DNA of 64,000 nucleotides from Escherichia coli (GTDB lineage Bacteria; Pseudomonadota; Gammaproteobacteria; Enterobacterales; Enterobacteriaceae): NCBI RefSeq assembly GCF_030013595.1, contig NZ_CP122768.1; one strand, 5' to 3'. Shown piece by piece: positions 59,472 to 64,000 of this stretch (position 1 is its first letter; each line of letters starts with the position of its first letter). The notes under the pieces were generated by a model. It saw only the letters and a program-made list of their open reading frames with translations, ran no database searches and was not told where the DNA came from. The position numbers and the translations under genes were made by a program.

Positions 59472-61436
59472 TCATGCGCTGGTTTCCTCATTCACCCAGA
59501 TCCGCATTTCGCCTTCACCCCGGTTGGCCCAGCTAAACCACGGGATAAAGGTCAGGGTTTGCGGTTGGCGTTTGGCTGGCGCGCTGTCGTAATGCCACAG
59601 CGGTTGCTGCTCTGGATTGCTCTGTTCATACCGGTAACCCGGAGCCTGGATTAAGATCTTATGGCGGAACAATCCATTACCTTCAAATGTCGTAAATGGC
59701 GCATCGGCGGGCAGCCACAGGTTATGCAGTGACTCGCCGTTGTCGGCCTGTTCCAGGCAATACACCAGTGGGCCGCGCTGAATCGCCACTTTTCCGGCGA
59801 CGTGACGCACCAGCGGGTTACCGTAAACGCGGCGTACCGGCATCGGCAAAGTCAGATTCAGCATATCGCCCTCCTGCCATTCGCGGGTAATGTGCAAATA
59901 CCCTTTACGAATATCCTGCTCGACCTCTTCCCCATTCAATATGATCTGCGGCTGTGTGCACCAGTCCGGCAGACGTAAAGCCAGCGTATGACGCACCGGC
60001 TGGGGCGATTCAACCGCAATCGTCACCTGCTCCTGCCACGGATAGTTTCCGCTAACCCGCAGGCGCAGCGTGCCATTTTCTACCGGCACTTCCATGCTGT
60101 TTCCTGCGTAGATGTTGATATACAACGCATCTTCACGCGGCGTGTAGAGATAATGACCAATCGAGGTTAGCACGCGGGCGATATTTGGCGGACAACAAGC
60201 GCAACCAAACCAACGCTGGCGGATCGGCTTAACGTGATCGTAGATATGGTTGAATTTCAGCGATTTTGGATGTACTTCCAGCGGATTCACATAGAAGAAA
60301 TGTTTGCCATCCAGTGCCATGCCGCCGAGCACAGTGTTGTACAGTGCGCGCTCCATCACATCGGCATATTGACTGTCGCCTTCCATTTCCAGCATTCGTC
60401 GGGCGAACATCATCAGGCCGATGGAAGCACAACTTTCGGCGTAAACCGTGTCATTCGGCAGATCGTAATCGCTGCTGAACGCTTCGCCGCTGCTTTGTGA
60501 GCCAATGCCGCCGGTAATATATAACTGACGCTGGGCCATATTGTTCCACAGCCGCAGGCAATCCTGACGCTTGCTTTCATCGTGACTTAAACGCGCCAGA
60601 TGTGCGACGCCAGTCATCAGATATACAAAGCGTACTGCATGTCCGATGGCGGTTTGTTGCTGTGCGATGGGCAAATGCGCCTGGCTGTAGGCTTTATCTT
60701 TCACCATCCACGCCGGGCCGTAGGTGTGCCAGTGCGAGGTCTGCCCGCGCTTTTCATATTCCTGGTCGTAATAGTGCGGTTGCGCACCACGCTGTTCGAC
60801 AAAATAGTTCGTCAGCGCCAGGTAGCGCGGCTCTTCGGTCACTTCATACAGGCGCATTAGTGCCAGTTCAATTTCCGGGTGACCAGGATAACCGTGTAAC
60901 TTACTTTCACCTGGACCAAATACGCTGTCGATATGATCGGCCAGACGGCAAACCACTTCCAGCAAGCGCCGTTTTCCCGTGGCCTGGAAGAAGGCGACTC
61001 CGGCTTCAATCAGATGACCGGCGCAGTAAAGTTCATGACACTCCGCCAGATTGCTCCAGCGTTCTTCGGGCGCTTTTACCGTAAAGTAAGTATTGAGATA
61101 GCCATCTTCGCACTGGGCGGAAGCGACCAGTTCGATTACCTCGTCAGCGGTTTTTTCCAGTTCGGCATCCGGCTTCTGGCACAGCGACCAGGCTACCGCT
61201 TCCAGCCATTTGGCGACGTCGCTGTCCTGAAACACCATCCCGTAAAATTCACCGTCTTGCAGTCCTGCGGCAATGCGAAAGTTTTCAATCGCATGGCTGG
61301 GTTCCGCTTCTGGGATACGATCGTTCAAGGCGTCCCACTGATAAGGAATCACCACATCGCGGACCAGTTGTTGGTACTGACCGAGGAACGGATCGCTGAC
61401 CGTCAGTTTATGCAGATCGACTTCCGAAATGTTCAT
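59472..61436 (-). CDS. Glycoside hydrolase family 127 (DUF1680; beta-L-arabinofuranosidase-like)
   Basis: About 654 aa; cysteine cluster WFGCACCPPNIARV; start at Met with aaggag SD (ORF 59472..61484, internal start 61436). Confidence 0.8.
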   Translation of the reverse strand: MNISEVDLHKLTVSDPFLGQYQQLVRDVVIPYQWDALNDRIPEAEPSHAIENFRIAAGLQDGEFYGMVFQDSDVAKWLEAVAWSLCQKPDAELEKTADEVIELVASAQCEDGYLNTYFTVKAPEERWSNLAECHELYCAGHLIEAGVAFFQATGKRRLLEVVCRLADHIDSVFGPGESKLHGYPGHPEIELALMRLYEVTEEPRYLALTNYFVEQRGAQPHYYDQEYEKRGQTSHWHTYGPAWMVKDKAYSQAHLPIAQQQTAIGHAVRFVYLMTGVAHLARLSHDESKRQDCLRLWNNMAQRQLYITGGIGSQSSGEAFSSDYDLPNDTVYAESCASIGLMMFARRMLEMEGDSQYADVMERALYNTVLGGMALDGKHFFYVNPLEVHPKSLKFNHIYDHVKPIRQRWFGCACCPPNIARVLTSIGHYLYTPREDALYINIYAGNSMEVPVENGTLRLRVSGNYPWQEQVTIAVESPQPVRHTLALRLPDWCTQPQIILNGEEVEQDIRKGYLHITREWQEGDMLNLTLPMPVRRVYGNPLVRHVAGKVAIQRGPLVYCLEQADNGESLHNLWLPADAPFTTFEGNGLFRHKILIQAPGYRYEQSNPEQQPLWHYDSAPAKRQPQTLTFIPWFSWANRGEGEMRIWVNEETSA

Positions 61437-61446
61437 CTTGTGCTCC

Positions 61447-62847
61447 TTAAGGCTGTACATGACGCTGACGCAGGTCGCTAGCAATGCGTGACATCATAGG
61501 GTTATTGAGTTTGCAAAAGCGGATCGCCCCTGCCAGCAGCAGGTGGAATAGCGCAGGCAGTAATGTTTCCATCGCCGCGATCCCGCCAAGCGAACTGGTG
61601 GTCTGGTTTTCCACGCCTAGCTGGTAGGCGACAAAAATAAACAGCAGGCTGATGATCCCGGCGCTGGAGGCCCAGGCCAGCTTGATGAAAAACAGATTGA
61701 AGGCGAAGTTCATGCCGGAAGAACGTACGCGGGTTTTCCACTCGCCGTAGTCATCGGCAAAGGCCATCAATGAGAAGTGCAGTGGCAATGTGAAGCCAAG
61801 AATCACGCCATTACCGAGGATCACCGCCAGCCACAGCGTTTGATAAGCCGGGCCGGAGGGCAGGAACCACATCAACACCGCCAGCGCGGCGAGGAGCAGG
61901 TTGGTGTAGTAGTAAATTTTGACGGTATCGAAACGTCGCGTTAACGGGCTGACAATCACCGAGCCGATAATGGAGGCGAAGGTGACCATAGTGAAGAACA
62001 GCGACGTGTAGCCCGTACTGCCTTGTAAGACGTAGGTAATAAAGTACATATACCCACCGCCGCGAATATTAAAGACGTTAATCAGCAGGAAAGACATGAC
62101 CAGCATCAGCAGCAGTTGGTCGTTGTTCCGCAGCCCGGCAAGATGTTCGCGCAGGGTAAATTTCCCCATTGTGGAGAGCGGCACCCGTTCACGAACCCAG
62201 AAGAAACAGCACAGTAACATCACCACGGCAATGGCGCACAATACGCCGACGCCCAGTTGATAGCCGCGCGCGGCATTACCCTGACCGAAGAGATCTACCA
62301 TCCACGGTAAGCCTACCGAAACCAGAAATCCCGCCACGCCGCAGAGAACGAATCGCCAGGACTGGCAGGAGATCACTTCATTGTGGCGGGTGGTCATGGT
62401 GTTGATCAGCGCGCAGTACGGCACGTTGATGGCGGTATAACCGACTGAAAGGAGCAGGTAAGTGCCGAACGCCCAGGCGATTTTTACTCCCATGCTGGCA
62501 TCTGGCACGGTGAACGTCAGGATGCCGATAATGCCGATGGGAATGGCAATCCACAACTGCCACGGACGAAAGCGCCCCCAGCGACTTTGCGTCCGGTCGG
62601 CAATGACGCCCATCACCGGGTCGGAGATGGCATCAAACACGCGCAGTGCAATAAACAGCGTGCCGACCAGCGCCGGAGTTAAGCCAAAAACGTCGGTGTA
62701 GAAAAAGGTGAGAAAGTTCATGATCAGGCAAGTTATTACGGTGCCGCCTGCGTCACCCAGGCCGTAGCCTATTTTTTCCCGTACAGATAACGCATCGTCA
62801 ATTTTACCTTTAGCGATATCAGCGGCAGTAATCGGTGTAGAGGTCAT
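61447..62847 (-). CDS. Glycoside-pentoside-hexuronide (GPH) family cation symporter
   Basis: 466 aa, about 12 hydrophobic segments; GPH-type N-terminal motif [10 protein letters not shown]...DVFGL...[17 protein letters not shown]. Confidence 0.85.
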   Translation of the reverse strand: MTSTPITAADIAKGKIDDALSVREKIGYGLGDAGGTVITCLIMNFLTFFYTDVFGLTPALVGTLFIALRVFDAISDPVMGVIADRTQSRWGRFRPWQLWIAIPIGIIGILTFTVPDASMGVKIAWAFGTYLLLSVGYTAINVPYCALINTMTTRHNEVISCQSWRFVLCGVAGFLVSVGLPWMVDLFGQGNAARGYQLGVGVLCAIAVVMLLCCFFWVRERVPLSTMGKFTLREHLAGLRNNDQLLLMLVMSFLLINVFNIRGGGYMYFITYVLQGSTGYTSLFFTMVTFASIIGSVIVSPLTRRFDTVKIYYYTNLLLAALAVLMWFLPSGPAYQTLWLAVILGNGVILGFTLPLHFSLMAFADDYGEWKTRVRSSGMNFAFNLFFIKLAWASSAGIISLLFIFVAYQLGVENQTTSSLGGIAAMETLLPALFHLLLAGAIRFCKLNNPMMSRIASDLRQRHVQP

Positions 62848-63072
62848 AGATATTCCTCGTGAATAGGGAGCAATTTTTAGTTTTATTGCAATGACCTGAT
62901 TAATTCTGCCGTGAACGGGAATATCAACAAGGCGAGAAAAGAGTAAAAAAAGGTGACGATTCCGACCTGAATTTAAAAGTGTGAAATGGATCAGGTGAAA
63001 TTAATGTTTTTGATTAATAATCAAAAGGTAATGTGTTTAATCATTAATGAATAAGCGGGAAATTACATATCA

Positions 63073-63888
63073 ATGCTCGAATTATCCATGACGTTACCGA
63101 TTAAAGTGCAAAATGGTGGATTATTTATTTCCCGTGGCGTAGGGAGGCATCCGGCAAGGCGGCTGGAGTCATGGGAAATTATCTTTGTCGAAAAAGGTCG
63201 ATTAGCGATTCAGGAAGAAGAGCGGATATTTCTGGTCGATGCGGGAGAGAGTTTATTACTCTGGCCGAACCGACAGCATGTTGGGGTAGAGGATTTTCCC
63301 GCCGATCTCAAATTTTACTGGCTGCATTTTGAGGTTAAAGCGCCGGATAGCGACCCGCGCTGGCTCACTCATCTTAGCGTGCCGCAACAAACGAAGGTTG
63401 CCGATCCGCAGGCGTTGGTGGCCCTGTTTCGCCAGTTCTTAAGCGAACAGGAAAAGCATCAACGCACTCCGGCGCTGGAGTTTATTGTGCTGCTGATTTT
63501 GCAGCAACTCACCCGTGACGCGCGTCTTGATGAACAGGCCGATGCCGCAGGTACCACGCTTGCCTGGAAAGCGCAGAAACTGATCCGCACGCAATATCAT
63601 CGCCCGCTTTCCACGGCGCTTTTAGCCCGCGAGCTGTACTGCAATGCCGATTATCTTGGGCGCGTCTATCGGCGGGTGTTTCATCTGACGTTAACAGAAG
63701 CAATCCATCGCCAGCGAGTGCGCGAAGCCGAAAAGCTGTTAATTAGCGAAGCGCGATCGCTCACGGAAGTGGCGGCGTTGTGTGGGTTTAATGACGTTGG
63801 CTATTTCCGGCAGATTTTTCGCAAACACACCGGTTTAACGCCAGCTGCGTGGAAGCGACGTTACAGCAAGGAACATATCAATTCGTAG
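63073..63888 (+). CDS. AraC/XylS-family transcriptional regulator
   Basis: 271 aa; C-terminal HTH TEVAALCGFNDVGYFRQIFRKHTGLTPAAWKRR; divergent from the transporter-hydrolase pair. Confidence 0.85.
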   Translation: MLELSMTLPIKVQNGGLFISRGVGRHPARRLESWEIIFVEKGRLAIQEEERIFLVDAGESLLLWPNRQHVGVEDFPADLKFYWLHFEVKAPDSDPRWLTHLSVPQQTKVADPQALVALFRQFLSEQEKHQRTPALEFIVLLILQQLTRDARLDEQADAAGTTLAWKAQKLIRTQYHRPLSTALLARELYCNADYLGRVYRRVFHLTLTEAIHRQRVREAEKLLISEARSLTEVAALCGFNDVGYFRQIFRKHTGLTPAAWKRRYSKEHINS

Positions 63889-63890
63889 TT

Positions 63891-63910
63891 CCGGGGCAAT
63901 GAAGCCCCGG
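63891..63910. terminator. Hairpin between the AraC-type gene and a convergent downstream gene
   Basis: ccggggcaatgaagccccgg palindrome. Confidence 0.5.
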
Positions 63911-63919
63911 CGTGAGGGA

Positions 63920-64000
63920 TTACTGCCCGTAATAGGCATTGGCCCCATGCTTACGCAGGTAGTGCTTATCCAACAGTTCGTTTTGCATCGCAGGGAGTTG
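63920..64000 (-). CDS. 3' end of an unidentified reverse-strand gene running into the window from beyond its end
   Basis: Reverse-strand translation ...QLPAMQNELLDKHYLRKHGANAYYGQ-stop; no family assignment from 26 residues. Confidence 0.3.
   Translation of the reverse strand, partial: QLPAMQNELLDKHYLRKHGANAYYGQ

Overview
This window reads as an Escherichia coli chromosomal segment, not K-12, in reverse orientation relative to the K-12 map; all gene identities are from reading the ORF translations and from recalled family knowledge, with no database search run. Order: yicC (partial), rph, pyrE, slmA, dut, coaBC, yicR, rpmB, rpmG, mutM, coaD, waaA, then a complete LPS core locus (waaQ-G-P, three GT8 outer-core transferases, waaY, a GT25 transferase, waaL, convergent waaC-waaF-hldD), htrL, kbl-tdh, waaH, yibQ-envC-gpmM, yibN-grxC-secB-gpsA-cysE, trmL, lldDRP, a 1587-aa trimeric autotransporter adhesin with an upstream lipoprotein, yibL, yibT, mtlRDA, yibIH, yibF, selAB, yiaY, aldB, and a roughly 6.7 kb accessory block. 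No rRNA, tRNA, CRISPR array, IS element or integrase was recognised. The strongest candidate for something new is the AT-rich module after aldB: a PD-(D/E)xK (HsdR N-terminal-like) nuclease gene split by one in-frame TAA, divergent from a HicA/HicB pair. Other notable points are an in-frame amber codon in the second outer-core GT8 gene, a -1 frameshift in an A-tract at the 3' end of mtlR, an intact rph, and no Rhs element between yibH and yibF.
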